NCBI GenBank assembly: GCA_051294375.1
Contig: JBJCIZ010000944.1
Coordinates: forward strand, 1-8,388
Direction of reading: 5' to 3'
From: Paraspadella gotoi
Lineage: Eukaryota; Animalia; Chaetognatha
DNA length: 8,388 nucleotides
The translations under genes were made by a program, and so were the position numbers. The stretch's first letter is position 1, and the number at the start of each line of letters is the position of its first letter. The notes beneath the pieces were generated by a model. The model was not told where the DNA came from, made no database searches, and saw only the letters and a program-made list of their open reading frames with translations. Of this stretch, positions 8,037-8,388 are shown one piece after another.

Positions 8037-8388
8037 GAACGGTTCTGTCACTCACACATAACAATTATTAAAGTCTCTTCATTGGTGAGCCCGACTTTCA
8101 AACACAATAGCAACTTGGTGACAAATTTTCCACCAACAACAACAATTCACNNNNNNNNNNNNNNNNNNNNNNNNNNNNNNNNNNNNNNNNNNNNNNNNNN
8201 NNNNNNNNNNNNNNNNNNNNNNNNNNNNNNNNNNNNNNNNNNNNNNNNNNNNNNNNNNNNNNNNNNNNNNNNNNNNNNNNNNNNNNNNNNNNNNNNACGG
8301 GGCGCTTATCCCGCCTGTAACACGGTGTTACAGCCTGATCCTGATAGAATGGTTCTGTCACTAACACATAACAATAATTAATGTCTCT
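8037..8388. repeat. Direct repeat of at least 42 bp at nominal 310-bp spacing, interrupted by an N-gap
   Basis: 8037-8078 versus 8347-8388: 38/42 identical. The second copy runs off the window end. Confidence 0.85.

Noticed and set aside
8334-8350. Hammerhead core at CTGATAGA
   Set aside because: Not a CUGANGA match, and no stem II/GAAA follows.
7809-8381. 190-aa ORF and overlapping ORFs
   Set aside because: Their length is an artefact of reading through N-runs.

Overview
AT-rich, repeat-dense DNA with five N-gaps (4029-4038, 4616-4640, 7693-7702, 7901-8028, 8151-8296). It reads as eukaryotic (probably invertebrate) intergenic or intronic sequence. No intact protein-coding gene is supported, and the listed ORFs look like chance frames. 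The dominant feature is a non-autonomous Helentron/DINE-1-like (HINE) family in alternating orientations. A short degenerate copy lies at ~352-934 (+), a ~2.3 kb expanded copy at ~1410-3714 (-), and a 5' fragment at 4039-4179 (+). The long copy has an 11-bp subterminal inverted repeat, a 5' hairpin, GTCC/GTCT microsatellites and five internal repeat units. It also hosts an ~18-bp minisatellite and a probable nested TTAA-flanked MITE. The right half holds decayed MITE-like ends and fold-backs, a probable relic 3' end of an RTE-like LINE with a broken CCHC zinc knuckle (~7584-7892), and a gap-interrupted duplicated unit sharing a hairpin plus (CAA)n tail. A small GC-rich island at ~959-1041 may be a terminal exon or a degenerate structured RNA. 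All calls come from by-eye alignment, no searches were run, and I cannot confidently claim a new biological system.
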